NCBI GenBank assembly: GCA_039831175.1
Contig: JBDONU010000022.1
Coordinates: forward strand, 1-46,504
Length of the DNA: 46,504 nt
From: Nautiliaceae bacterium
Lineage (GTDB): Bacteria; Campylobacterota; Campylobacteria; Campylobacterales; Nautiliaceae
Direction of reading: 5' to 3'
The stretch's first letter is position 1. Every line of letters begins with the position of its first letter. This document shows positions 7,759 through 17,286 of this stretch, in pieces. The notes beneath the pieces are model-generated. The model searched no databases. It was not told where the DNA came from and saw nothing but the letters and a program-made list of their open reading frames with translations. Position numbers and translations under genes: made by a program.

Positions 7759-9570
7759 ATATCTCTCTAAAACTTCAATTAATTTATCAAGTAAAATTGG
7801 CTTTAATAAATAATCATCAAAATCATATTTTTCAATCAATTTTTTAATATCACTCTCTTTCATAGCACTAAATGCAATAATAGGCACATTTGGCAATAAT
7901 TTTTTTACACTTGCGGCAAACTCTCTACCATCAATTTGAGGCATCTCTAAATCTGAAATAATTAAATCCACATCGTGTTTTTTTAATATATCTAACCCTT
8001 CTAAACCATTTGTTGCGGTATAAACCTTTATTCCAAGTTTTTTAAGCAAAATTTCAAGAAGCTCTCTATTTAACTTATTATCTTCAACTATCAAAACTGA
8101 CTTTCCACTAAAATCGATATTCTCTTCTAACTCTTCATAATCTTCAATTACACTCAATAAAAATCCACTTCTTGCAAGACACTCTGATATTTCATAGTCA
8201 TAATTTTTATTAGAAAATTTATCTTTATAAATATAAATCATCTTTTTAGCAATTCTTTTCTTATAATCCATATCAATATAAAAAGCAAAATCAAAAAGTT
8301 CACTTGGCTCTTTTTGGTAAATTTTAACATCCATAAGCAAGTTTTCTAAAAACTCTTTTAAATATAATATAAATTCATCTTTTACATCTTTTGTAATAAG
8401 CGCTATTTTATATTCAAATAAAGGAAGTCTTTTTTTAACTTTTATAGGTATCCAAAATCTAAACTCACTCCCTTTACCTTTCTCAGATTCAACTTCAATA
8501 TCTCCATTTAAAGCTTCAATATATCTTTTTACAATATGTAATCCAAGCCCTGTGCCTTTATATTTTTTCTTAATCTCACTACTCTCCTGAGCAAAAGGAG
8601 CAAAAATAGTTTCAATTTTTTCTTTTTCAATTCCAATACCAGTATCTTTTACACTTCCTACTAACTTATCATCATCAACACTTAAAGATACTTTTACATA
8701 TCCTTTTTCTGTAAATTTAATGGCATTCATAACTAAATTCAATAAAATTTGCTTTAACTTTAATACATCAAATTCCACTATACAATTAGTGCTTACATCA
8801 AGCATCGTATAATACTCAATTCCTTTTTTCTCAGCATTGTTACAAAATAAGAAAAATAAAGGTTCTAACTCATTTACCAAATGAACCTCTCTTAAAATAA
8901 CCTCATCCCTTCCTAAATTCATAAGAAGATACGATAAATCCGATACAAGTTTAGAGCTTTGAAGTGCAAGATCAATATATTTATTTAAAGTTCTATCTTT
9001 ATTTTCAAGTTTCAAAAACGATAATACCGCAAAAATTCCATTAATTATATTTTTAATATCGTGTATCATCTCTTTAAAAAATAATACCTCTTTTGCAACT
9101 ATATCACCAGTTGAAACTTCAATAAAAGCATAAAATAAATCATTTAAACTCTCTAAAAACTTTAAATCATCCTCTATAAACTGATGATAAGTTTTATCCG
9201 TAATAAATGCTTCAATTACCCCAACAACTCTATCATCTTTTAAAATAGGAATTACCATTAAATGTTTAACATCAAAATTATAAATATTGTCTACTTTTGG
9301 ATTAAATTTTGAAATATTTTTTGCAAAAGGAATTATTTTTCCTTTTTTACTATCAATAACTTCTTTTAAAATAGACTCTTCCAAAGCAATTATTTCATTA
9401 TTTTTAATATCTACAATATGTCCATCCTCTACCAAAAAAAATAAAGCTTCATTTGCCGTTGTAATAATAGAAACTATCTTAACAACTTTATCTAGATCTG
9501 CTTTATTGTGGACAAGCTCAAAAGAGAGAGAAGAGATCTCCTTTAAAGCTTCTAAAAATCTTTTTTCCAT
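7744..9570 (-). CDS. Cytoplasmic hybrid sensor histidine kinase (GAF-HisKA-HATPase-REC)
   Basis: GAF (LMVIPILKDDRVVGVIE), H-box MIHDIKN, N-box NLVMNAIKFT, DTGIG, GTGLGL, receiver VEDN...DLEMP...LLKP. Confidence 0.92.
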   Translation of the reverse strand: MEKRFLEALKEISSLSFELVHNKADLDKVVKIVSIITTANEALFFLVEDGHIVDIKNNEIIALEESILKEVIDSKKGKIIPFAKNISKFNPKVDNIYNFDVKHLMVIPILKDDRVVGVIEAFITDKTYHQFIEDDLKFLESLNDLFYAFIEVSTGDIVAKEVLFFKEMIHDIKNIINGIFAVLSFLKLENKDRTLNKYIDLALQSSKLVSDLSYLLMNLGRDEVILREVHLVNELEPLFFLFCNNAEKKGIEYYTMLDVSTNCIVEFDVLKLKQILLNLVMNAIKFTEKGYVKVSLSVDDDKLVGSVKDTGIGIEKEKIETIFAPFAQESSEIKKKYKGTGLGLHIVKRYIEALNGDIEVESEKGKGSEFRFWIPIKVKKRLPLFEYKIALITKDVKDEFILYLKEFLENLLMDVKIYQKEPSELFDFAFYIDMDYKKRIAKKMIYIYKDKFSNKNYDYEISECLARSGFLLSVIEDYEELEENIDFSGKSVLIVEDNKLNRELLEILLKKLGIKVYTATNGLEGLDILKKHDVDLIISDLEMPQIDGREFAASVKKLLPNVPIIAFSAMKESDIKKLIEKYDFDDYLLKPILLDKLIEVLERYLERK

Positions 9571-9585
9571 TTTTACTTACCTACC

Positions 9586-9954
9586 TTAAATCCCTAACGA
9601 TTTTATAACCTCTTGCATCACTTGATTCATAGTAAGTTTTGCAAGTCCTATATTTCCCCCTTCTTTTTCAAGTACCAATACAATATGAAGATGAACCCTT
9701 GCGTCCCTTCCTGAACATTTAATCAAAATAATAGCCTTTTCAGTCTCAATTGAAGCTAAATTAGCCCCTCCAAATCCAAGATCATCAGCAATTTCCGAAG
9801 TTTTTGTAAAAAGACTATTAAAAGTTAACAATGCTTCATCAATATTCTTATCAGCCAAAACTCCTGCATCTTGAAAAATTACTTCCCCACTTGCATCAAC
9901 AATAGCCGATGCAATATACCCTTCAAGCTTCTTAAACTTTTCTAAAAAATCCAT
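9586..9954 (-). CDS. Roadblock/LC7 (MglB-like) domain protein
   Basis: 122 aa; LEGYIASAIVDASGEV N-terminus and GNIGLAKL C-terminal helix are typical of roadblock proteins; AGGAGG RBS. Confidence 0.7.
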   Translation of the reverse strand: MDFLEKFKKLEGYIASAIVDASGEVIFQDAGVLADKNIDEALLTFNSLFTKTSEIADDLGFGGANLASIETEKAIILIKCSGRDARVHLHIVLVLEKEGGNIGLAKLTMNQVMQEVIKSLGI

Positions 9955-10017
9955 TTTAACCTCCTTTTTAAAAATTATAACATATTATATAACAAAATAA
10001 GATAAAATTTGACCTCT

Positions 10018-10719
10018 TTACATTCCAAAATACTTTCTCTTTACTTCTGGATTTAGCACCAAATCTTCTGGCAAACCTTCCAAAACTATTTTCCCATGGT
10101 CTAAAATATAGATATAATCAGCAAACCTTATCCCAATTTGAGCATTTTGCTCAATTAAAAGCATAGAAATTTGACGCCTTTCACTAATTTTTAAAAGTCC
10201 ATTAAAAACCTCTATTAAAATCTTTGGAGCAAGCCCAAGTGAGGGTTCATCCAATACTATTAAAATAGGATCACTCATCATAGCCCTACCAATTGCAAGC
10301 ATTTGCTGCTCACCCCCACTTAAATTTCCAGCATACTCATCTCTTTTTTCTTCCAATCTTGGAAAAGTATAATAAACATCTGCTAAAAGCTCTTCGTAAT
10401 TTGGATCATTAAAAAATCCCCCCATCTTCAAATTCTCTTCAACCGTTAAATTTACAAAAACTCTTCTACCTTCTGGAACGATAGAAATCCCTTTTCTTAC
10501 AATATCATAAGGAGGTAAATGAGTAATATCTTCTTCAAAAAATAAAATTTTTCCCTCTTTCTCTTCAACTAAATTAAATATAGCCTTAACAAGCGTACTC
10601 TTACCACTCCCATTTGGTCCAAGAAGAGTTACAATCTCCCCTCTTCTAACCTCTAAATTAATCCCTTTTAAAACTGGAATTCCATTATACTTTACCACTA
10701 AATCCCTAACCTCAAACAT
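10018..10719 (-). CDS. livF: Branched-chain amino acid ABC transporter ATP-binding protein LivF
   Basis: GPNGSGKST, VPEGRRVF..LTVEENL, LSGGEQQMLAIGRAMM, LDEPSLGLAP, EQNA. Confidence 0.9.
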   Translation of the reverse strand: MFEVRDLVVKYNGIPVLKGINLEVRRGEIVTLLGPNGSGKSTLVKAIFNLVEEKEGKILFFEEDITHLPPYDIVRKGISIVPEGRRVFVNLTVEENLKMGGFFNDPNYEELLADVYYTFPRLEEKRDEYAGNLSGGEQQMLAIGRAMMSDPILIVLDEPSLGLAPKILIEVFNGLLKISERRQISMLLIEQNAQIGIRFADYIYILDHGKIVLEGLPEDLVLNPEVKRKYFGM

Positions 10720-11515
10720 TTTTTCTCTCACCTTTTTTAGCTTTAATCACATCTTCATCAATCTCTCCACCCAAATAAGCACTAATTACTCTCTCATCTC
10801 TAAACATATCTTGCGGTAATCCATCAAAAATAACTTTTCCATAATCAAGCACAATAACTCTATGAGCTACCAATCTTAAAAAATTCATATCGTGTTCTAT
10901 AAATAAAATAGTCTTTTCAAGTTCTAAATTTATAAGCTTTATAAGCAAAGCCAACTCTTCTGTCTCAACATCTGTAAGTCCAGCTGCTGGTTCATCTAAG
11001 AGTAATAAATCTCCATTTGTTGCAAGAGCTCTTGCAATTTCTACTTTTTTTCTAATTCCATATGGTAAATTTTTAACTTTTTTATCCAAATAATTACTAA
11101 TTCCAACAAAAGTTGCAATCTCTATTGCTTTTTTTCTTGCTCTATTTTCATCAATAAAATATCTTGGCAATCTTAAAAAAGCGTCTATTAAAGAGTATCT
11201 ATAATTTATATGAAAGCCAACTAAAATATTTTCTAATACATTCATATTATCAAAAAGTCTAATATTTTGAAAAGTTCTACTTATCCCTCTTTTTACCCTC
11301 TCAACTGGAGATAAATCAGTAATATCCTCATCTTTAAAGATTATCTTCCCCTCGTCTGACTTAACCGCTCCTGAAATAATGTTAAATAAAGTAGTCTTCC
11401 CAGCCCCATTTGGTCCTACAAGCGCTACAACTTCTTCTGTCCTTACTTCAAAGGAGACATTACTAAGCGCCCTAACTCCTCCAAACCTCTTTGTAATATT
11501 ATGAACTTTTAGCAT
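10712..11515 (-). CDS. livG: Branched-chain amino acid ABC transporter ATP-binding protein LivG
   Basis: FGGVRAL, GPNGAGKTT, RTFQNIRLF, LPYG..KKVEIARAL, LDEPAAGL, IEHDM, AYLG. Confidence 0.9.
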   Translation of the reverse strand: MLKVHNITKRFGGVRALSNVSFEVRTEEVVALVGPNGAGKTTLFNIISGAVKSDEGKIIFKDEDITDLSPVERVKRGISRTFQNIRLFDNMNVLENILVGFHINYRYSLIDAFLRLPRYFIDENRARKKAIEIATFVGISNYLDKKVKNLPYGIRKKVEIARALATNGDLLLLDEPAAGLTDVETEELALLIKLINLELEKTILFIEHDMNFLRLVAHRVIVLDYGKVIFDGLPQDMFRDERVISAYLGGEIDEDVIKAKKGERKNV

Positions 11516-12560
11516 CTAAATACTCCTCTCCATCTCTTCTAGCCCATTTTATAAAAAGTCTTAGCGAATTTAAAGAAGGCTTTTTATTGTACTTTATATA
11601 ATCATAAAGCATTTTAGCACATACATAAGCATTTGAAAAACCTCTCCCTCCCATTCCATTAATTACATATAAATTATTTTCATACTTAATACTTCTTGGC
11701 AAAGCCCCTTTTGCAATAGCTTTTGTTAAAGTCTTATCAATATTTATAACTTTATCAACAATTGGAAAATAATCCACACTCCCGGCTCTAAATCCACCCT
11801 TTATATTTTCAACCTTAAAATCATAAATATTAATAATCTCTCTTGCTTTTTTTATAAGCTCCATTGCCTCTTTTTCATTCTCTTTACACTCTAAGCACTC
11901 TCTTTTATGAGTAGCTCCAATTTTCAATCTCCCATCAACTTCTCCAACTGAACAATTTTTGTGATAAAAATGCTCTATTTTATCCCACTTACCACTAATT
12001 TCTATTCTCTCTCCCCAGATAGGTCTTATTTTTAAATACTTTATATCCTCTTCATAACCTCTTGCTAAAATAAGATTTTTTGCTTTAATATCCCCTATTA
12101 CAAAATAATCTCCCTCTTTATTTATACCATCAAACTCAACTTCTACAAAATCAACTCTTAATTTATCTTTTACATCCTCTGGATTTATAACGCTTCCTAA
12201 ATCAAAAAAGAACCCACCATCTCTTTTTTCAAAAGGAAGAGTTATAAATTTTTCATACTCTTTAAATTTTTCAATATCCCTTTTATCTCGCGGAAGTATC
12301 AAAACCCCCTTTTTATAAACTCTAACTCCAACTTCTTCATAAAATTTAATAGACTTTACAATCGCGCTATTTATAAAATCAGTATATTCACTTTTTTTGC
12401 CAACTTTTGGAAACAAAAAAGCCCCAGCCGCTCCACTTGCTCCTTTTAATAGTCCTTTCTTATCAAGAATTAATACTTTATAATCTCTTTGCAAAAAATA
12501 TCCACTCAAAAGTCCAGCAATTCCCCCTCCAACAATTGCAAAATCAACCAAATATCGCAC
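11499..12560 (-). CDS. FAD-dependent oxidoreductase resembling the MnmC C-terminal (oxidase) domain
   Basis: AIVGGGIAG, GASGAAGAFLFP, RAGSVDYFPIV, NGMGGRGF. Probable GTG start at 12560 after GAGG. Confidence 0.75.
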   Translation of the reverse strand: MRYLVDFAIVGGGIAGLLSGYFLQRDYKVLILDKKGLLKGASGAAGAFLFPKVGKKSEYTDFINSAIVKSIKFYEEVGVRVYKKGVLILPRDKRDIEKFKEYEKFITLPFEKRDGGFFFDLGSVINPEDVKDKLRVDFVEVEFDGINKEGDYFVIGDIKAKNLILARGYEEDIKYLKIRPIWGERIEISGKWDKIEHFYHKNCSVGEVDGRLKIGATHKRECLECKENEKEAMELIKKAREIINIYDFKVENIKGGFRAGSVDYFPIVDKVINIDKTLTKAIAKGALPRSIKYENNLYVINGMGGRGFSNAYVCAKMLYDYIKYNKKPSLNSLRLFIKWARRDGEEYLDAKSS

Positions 12561-13020
12561 TAAACGCCTCATTAAATTGTTTATCGTTAAGAACAAACAT
12601 ATTTTTTAATCTATTTTTAAGTTTATCTTTATCAACAACAATTACAAAATATTTATGTCCTTTAAAACTACAACTCTCTTTTACCTCACTCTCAGCTAAA
12701 ATAGCTGAACCTACCTCTTCTTTTATTTTTTCTCTCTTTTTGTCTCCAACAATATAATTATATTTTTGTTCTATATAATTAAAAAATTTATCAAGTTTTT
12801 TTGCTATAAAACTTCTAAAATCTGTAAAAGCTTTAGCTCTTAAAATCTCTTTTGGTTCATTAGTAACTAGATAACAGAAGATAAAGTAGCGATTATTTGA
12901 AGAGCAATGATTTTTAATAGCAATATCGCAAACTTCATTATTATTTATTTTAAAAGGTATTTTACTACTACATCCACTAAAAATAATAAACCCCACCGCC
13001 GCAATAAGAAGTTTATTCAT
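12544..13020 (-). CDS. Hypothetical lipoprotein
   Basis: Signal peptide MNKLLIAAVGFIIFSG|C with lipobox FSGC. Confidence 0.7.
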   Translation of the reverse strand: MNKLLIAAVGFIIFSGCSSKIPFKINNNEVCDIAIKNHCSSNNRYFIFCYLVTNEPKEILRAKAFTDFRSFIAKKLDKFFNYIEQKYNYIVGDKKREKIKEEVGSAILAESEVKESCSFKGHKYFVIVVDKDKLKNRLKNMFVLNDKQFNEAFSAIFG

Positions 13021-13078
13021 TCTCAATCCTTTAAATAAAATAACAACTTATTATAACAAAAAGAGGAAAAAGAGAAGA

Positions 13079-13477
13079 TTATCTTTTTGAGAATTGAGGA
13101 GATTTTCTTGCTTTTTTCTTTCCGTATTTTTTTCTTTCAACAATTCTTGCATCCCTTGTAAGAAGACCAGCCGGTTTTAGAATACTTCTAAGCTCTGGTG
13201 CATACTCAACAAGTGCTTTTGAAATTCCATGTTTTATTGCATCAGCCTGAGCAGCAAAACCACCACCAAAAGTTTTAACCTCAATATCAAAGTTTCCTTC
13301 TTGTTTAGTAAGTCTAAGTGGCCAAAGAACTCTAAGTTTTAAAGCCTCTCTTCCACCTAAAAACTCATCTAAACTCATTCCATTAATACTTAAATTTCCA
13401 TTTCCAGGCTTAATCCAAACTTTTGCTACTGCTGTTTTTCTTTTACCTGTTGCATAAATTCTTCCGTGCATTTTCAT
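13079..13477 (-). CDS. rpsI: 30S ribosomal protein S9
   Basis: [50 protein letters not shown]. Confidence 0.99.
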   Translation of the reverse strand: MKMHGRIYATGKRKTAVAKVWIKPGNGNLSINGMSLDEFLGGREALKLRVLWPLRLTKQEGNFDIEVKTFGGGFAAQADAIKHGISKALVEYAPELRSILKPAGLLTRDARIVERKKYGKKKARKSPQFSKR

Positions 13478-13899
13478 CAGTTACCCTTTATTTGAGCTGT
13501 ATGAGGATGATTTTCACCAGCATAAACTTTAAGTTTTTTTAGCATTTTTCTTCCAAGTTTAGTTTTTGGAAGCATACCTCTTGTTGCAAGTTTAAATAAT
13601 TTTTCTGGATTCTTTTTTAAAAGTTCTTGAACTTTCTCTTCTTTTACATGACCAAAATAACCTGTATGTTTATAATATTTTTCATCAAGCTTTTTACTTG
13701 TAGAAAACTTAACTTTATCTGCATTAATAACTACCACATAATCTCCACAATCCACATGCGGAGTATAAAAAGGTTTATGTTTTCCTCTAAGATATGTAGC
13801 AATTTCAGTAATTAATCTACCAAAAGTTTTATCTTTTGCATCAATTAAAATCCAATCTCTTTTAACCTCTTCCGGTTTTACTGATTTAGTAAATTTCAT
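13477..13899 (-). CDS. rplM: 50S ribosomal protein L13
   Basis: [47 protein letters not shown]. Confidence 0.99.
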   Translation of the reverse strand: MKFTKSVKPEEVKRDWILIDAKDKTFGRLITEIATYLRGKHKPFYTPHVDCGDYVVVINADKVKFSTSKKLDEKYYKHTGYFGHVKEEKVQELLKKNPEKLFKLATRGMLPKTKLGRKMLKKLKVYAGENHPHTAQIKGN

Positions 13900-13932
13900 T
13901 ATCACACCTTTTGTGAATTTTTTAGGTATGAA

Positions 13933-13965
13933 ATTGTAATTGGCAAAACTTAAAAAAAACTTAAA
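13933..13965 (-). promoter_or_regulatory. Putative rplM promoter
   Basis: Minus-strand TACAAT (13933-13938), preceded by two TTTAAGTTTT repeats 11 bp apart, matching the periodic -35 signal of Campylobacterota sigma70 promoters. Confidence 0.5.
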
Positions 13966-13982
13966 TTAAGGTTTCTTTAAGG

Positions 13983-14204
13983 TTATTTCCTAACTTTTTT
14001 ATTTCTCTCTAAATTCAATTTATCAGGATAAAGTTTTGTCTCTAACTTAAACACTTCATTTTCCAAAAGACAAATTCTATGTTCAAGTCTTATTATGTTT
14101 TGCTGACATTTATTATAAAGCTTAATTACCGCACAAATTAAACTCCAAATAAACACTACAACTACCAAAAAAATAGTTCCAAAAACAATATAACTCCCTA
14201 ACAT
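13983..14204 (-). CDS. Small membrane protein (one TM helix plus a leucine-zipper-like tail)
   Basis: 73 aa; hydrophobic N-terminus; heptad LEHRICLLENEVFKLETKL; purine-rich RBS. Confidence 0.6.
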   Translation of the reverse strand: MLGSYIVFGTIFLVVVVFIWSLICAVIKLYNKCQQNIIRLEHRICLLENEVFKLETKLYPDKLNLERNKKVRK

Positions 14205-14213
14205 CCCTTCCCT

Positions 14214-15047
14214 TTAAAGTCTATCTAAGATAATAAAAACTAAAAAAATAATTCCTAAAAATCCGTTCAAATCAAAAAAAGCTTTTGGAATATTATCAAA
14301 ACTTTTAGAAATTAATAAATGCTCATAATACAAAATTGCTCCACTTATCAAAACTCCAATCCAAGCAAAAAATCCAAGATTAGCATAAGCAACAAACAAT
14401 GCCCAAAAAATCACAGCAAAAACATGAAACATCTTTGCCATAAACAAAGCTCCCCTCTCCCCAACAATTGCAGGAATAGAAAATAGCCCTTCTTTTTTGT
14501 CAAATTCCATATCTTGCAAAGAGTACAAAATATCAAACCCAGCTACCCAAAACATCGTCCCAAAAGCTAAAAAAACCGACCAACAAGGAATACTTCCAGT
14601 TACTGCAATCGCACCAGCAATTGGAGCAAACCCAAGAGATACTCCCAACACTAAATGAGCAAATGCACTAAATCTTTTAAAATAACTATATCCAGCCAAA
14701 ATAATTAAAATTAAAAAAGATAGTTTAAATGCTAAATCATTAATCATATAAGCAGTTCCAATAAAAATCAAAGCATTTGCAACAATAAATAACCTCATCT
14801 CATCAACACTTATATCTCCCCTTACAGAAATTCTATCTTTTGTGCGAGGATTTTTAGCATCAATATCTCTATCAACAAGCCTATTAAAAGCCATTGCAAA
14901 ATTTCTTGCACTAATAGCAGATAAAAGAGCCAAAATAAAAAGCTTCCATCCAAACCAGCCATTTGCCCCAACAATCATTGCAATTAAAATAAAAGGGAGA
15001 CTAAAAATAGTATGAGAAAACTTTACAAGTTCTAAATACTTTTTCAT
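14214..15047 (-). CDS. mqnP: Menaquinone (futalosine pathway) prenyltransferase MqnP, UbiA family
   Basis: VKFSHTIFSLPF, ARNFAMAFNRLVDRDIDAKNPRT, FWVAGFDILYSLQD; divergent from miaA. Confidence 0.9.
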   Translation of the reverse strand: MKKYLELVKFSHTIFSLPFILIAMIVGANGWFGWKLFILALLSAISARNFAMAFNRLVDRDIDAKNPRTKDRISVRGDISVDEMRLFIVANALIFIGTAYMINDLAFKLSFLILIILAGYSYFKRFSAFAHLVLGVSLGFAPIAGAIAVTGSIPCWSVFLAFGTMFWVAGFDILYSLQDMEFDKKEGLFSIPAIVGERGALFMAKMFHVFAVIFWALFVAYANLGFFAWIGVLISGAILYYEHLLISKSFDNIPKAFFDLNGFLGIIFLVFIILDRL

Positions 15048-15094
15048 AAACTCCGCCTTTAAAAATTTGTATAATTGTAGCAAAAAGGAGTAAA

Positions 15095-15952
15095 ATGTTT
15101 GCAATTATAGGACCTACTGCAAGTGGGAAAAGCAATTTAGCCTTAGAACTTGCAAAAGAGTTTGGATATGAAATTTTATCACTTGATAGTCTGAGTATCT
15201 ACAAAGAGATTGACATAGCCTCAGCAAAACCTTCAAAAGAAGAGTTAAAAGAAATTAAACATTACGGAATTGATGAAATATATCCAAATGAAGAGTTTAA
15301 TGTAGCAAAATTTATAGAGATCTATAAAAAAATCCCTCACAAAAAAATAATCATAGTAGGAGGAAGCAGTTTTTATTTAAAAGCTATGATTGATGGAATT
15401 TCTCAAATGCCCCCAATTAACAAAGAGATAAAAGAAAAAGCCAAAAAATTTTCTTTTAAAGATATTCAACAAATAGACCCTCTTTATGCTAACAAAATTT
15501 CTCAAAATGACACTTACAGAATTCAAAAAGGGATAGAGATTTACCTTGCAACAAAACTTCCTCCTACTGAATATTTCAAACTACATCCAAAGATCCCAAT
15601 CCTACCACAAATTCCTATTTTTGAAATTGAAATTTCAAGAGATAAATTAAAAGAAAAAATTAAAAAAAGAACAAAAAAGATGTTCGAAATGGGATTAATT
15701 GATGAAGTTGCTTATCTTGAAAAGAAGTATCGCGATAGAAGACTTCCAAGCTTAAAAGCCATTGGAGTAAAAGAAGTATTAGATTATTTTAATGGGAAGT
15801 ATGATAAAGATGAGCTATTTGAAAAGATAGTTACAAACACCGCTCGTCTTGCAAAAAGACAACAAATCTTTAACAAAAGTCAATTCCCTCAAAAAATATC
15901 AGCCCCTCTTGAAAAATTAAAAGAGATTATAAAGAGAGAAAATCTCTCTTAA
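15095..15952 (+). CDS. miaA: tRNA dimethylallyltransferase
   Basis: IIGPTASGKS, DSLSIYKEIDIASAKP, VGGSSFYL, LAKRQ. Confidence 0.97.
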   Translation: MFAIIGPTASGKSNLALELAKEFGYEILSLDSLSIYKEIDIASAKPSKEELKEIKHYGIDEIYPNEEFNVAKFIEIYKKIPHKKIIIVGGSSFYLKAMIDGISQMPPINKEIKEKAKKFSFKDIQQIDPLYANKISQNDTYRIQKGIEIYLATKLPPTEYFKLHPKIPILPQIPIFEIEISRDKLKEKIKKRTKKMFEMGLIDEVAYLEKKYRDRRLPSLKAIGVKEVLDYFNGKYDKDELFEKIVTNTARLAKRQQIFNKSQFPQKISAPLEKLKEIIKRENLS

Positions 15953-17286
15953 AATTGGATAGTAGCATCAAACACATTGCTTGCTACTATTCCAAAATAA
16001 ATAGTTCCAGCAAGCAAGATAAGTTGTCCTATTAAACTTCCGTTTGAAATTGTAATTACTCTATCAATATCTTCTCTTGGCTCATCAAAATAGATATGTT
16101 TAATAATCCATACATAATATCCAACTGCAAGAGCTGAATTTAAAAGTGCAATCAATACAATTACCCAAAGTCCCACATCTACTCCCGCATAAAATGCTAC
16201 CGCTTTACTTAAAAACCCTGCAAGAAGCGGAATTCCAGCAAGTGAAAAAAGTTGAACCGTAAAAAAGATTGAATGAAGTGGTGCTTTTTTATAAAGTCCT
16301 TTAATATCATCAAGATATTTTACTCCAAGTTCTCTTCTTAAATCATTCAAAATCAAAAATACACTAGTTTGCATAAAGATATACGCAATCGCATAATACA
16401 AAACTCCAGAGTATGCATATAAACTCGCACTTGCTGCAAATGGAATTAAAGCATATCCACTATGAGCAATTGATGAATAAGCAAGAATTTTTGAAATTCT
16501 CTTTTGCCAAAGTGCCATAAAATTTGCAAGAGTCATTGTAATAATAGCAAAGAAACTAAAAATTAAAACGCTTGCAAGAGGATATGCAATCATAAACTTA
16601 TAAAACGCTTTAAAAGTAGCGACGAAAATCACGCTCTTAATAACCCCACTTAAAATTGCAGCTGCTGCGTGATTGATTTGAGAATATGCATCAGCTGCCC
16701 ATCCGTGCATTGGGACAATTGTAAGTTTATAGAAAATCCCTGCAAGCATAATAGTTACTGCAATTAAAGTATACTTTCCTGCAACATTCATATCAACATA
16801 ATTAAATGAATCAGTAGTAAAACTATAAAGCGCAAACCCAATTAAAATAATACCACTTGCAACAGCACCGGCAATAAATGTTTTAATAGCACCTTCTGCA
16901 TTGTAATAGTTTCTAATATTTGCAACTAAAATATAAGAGATAATCGCAATTACCTCAAACAAAACAATATACATAAAAAAGTCATTTGTTTCTAAAAGAG
17001 CAAGAGATGCACCTGCTAAAAAGAGCATTTGAGAGATTAAAGGTCTCTCAAAGCCAGTAAGAGAAAAAGTCACAGCCATTAAAGTAATAAGCAATACATA
17101 CTCCATAAGTCTTGTTGCTTCATCACTCACAAAATATGGAAACAAAGCATTTAAACTATTGTGCGTATAGATAAAATACATCGCCAAAATAAAAGCAATA
17201 AAAGAGATGGTTTTTGCAATAAAAATATTGCTCCTATAAAAAATTGGTACCAAAAGTCCAGCAGCCATTAATACTATAAAACTCAT
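15949..17286 (-). CDS. nuoN: Complex I-like antiporter subunit N
   Basis: FEVIAIISYIL, EGAIKTFI, YKLTIVPMHGWAADAY, LAYSSIAHSGY, SLAGIPLLAGFLSK. Confidence 0.9.
   Translation of the reverse strand: MSFIVLMAAGLLVPIFYRSNIFIAKTISFIAFILAMYFIYTHNSLNALFPYFVSDEATRLMEYVLLITLMAVTFSLTGFERPLISQMLFLAGASLALLETNDFFMYIVLFEVIAIISYILVANIRNYYNAEGAIKTFIAGAVASGIILIGFALYSFTTDSFNYVDMNVAGKYTLIAVTIMLAGIFYKLTIVPMHGWAADAYSQINHAAAAILSGVIKSVIFVATFKAFYKFMIAYPLASVLIFSFFAIITMTLANFMALWQKRISKILAYSSIAHSGYALIPFAASASLYAYSGVLYYAIAYIFMQTSVFLILNDLRRELGVKYLDDIKGLYKKAPLHSIFFTVQLFSLAGIPLLAGFLSKAVAFYAGVDVGLWVIVLIALLNSALAVGYYVWIIKHIYFDEPREDIDRVITISNGSLIGQLILLAGTIYFGIVASNVFDATIQF

Noticed and set aside
14214-15952. mqnP proximity as evidence that the complex reduces menaquinone
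   Set aside because: mqnP-miaA linkage is a common Campylobacterota arrangement, and the operon merely converges on miaA.
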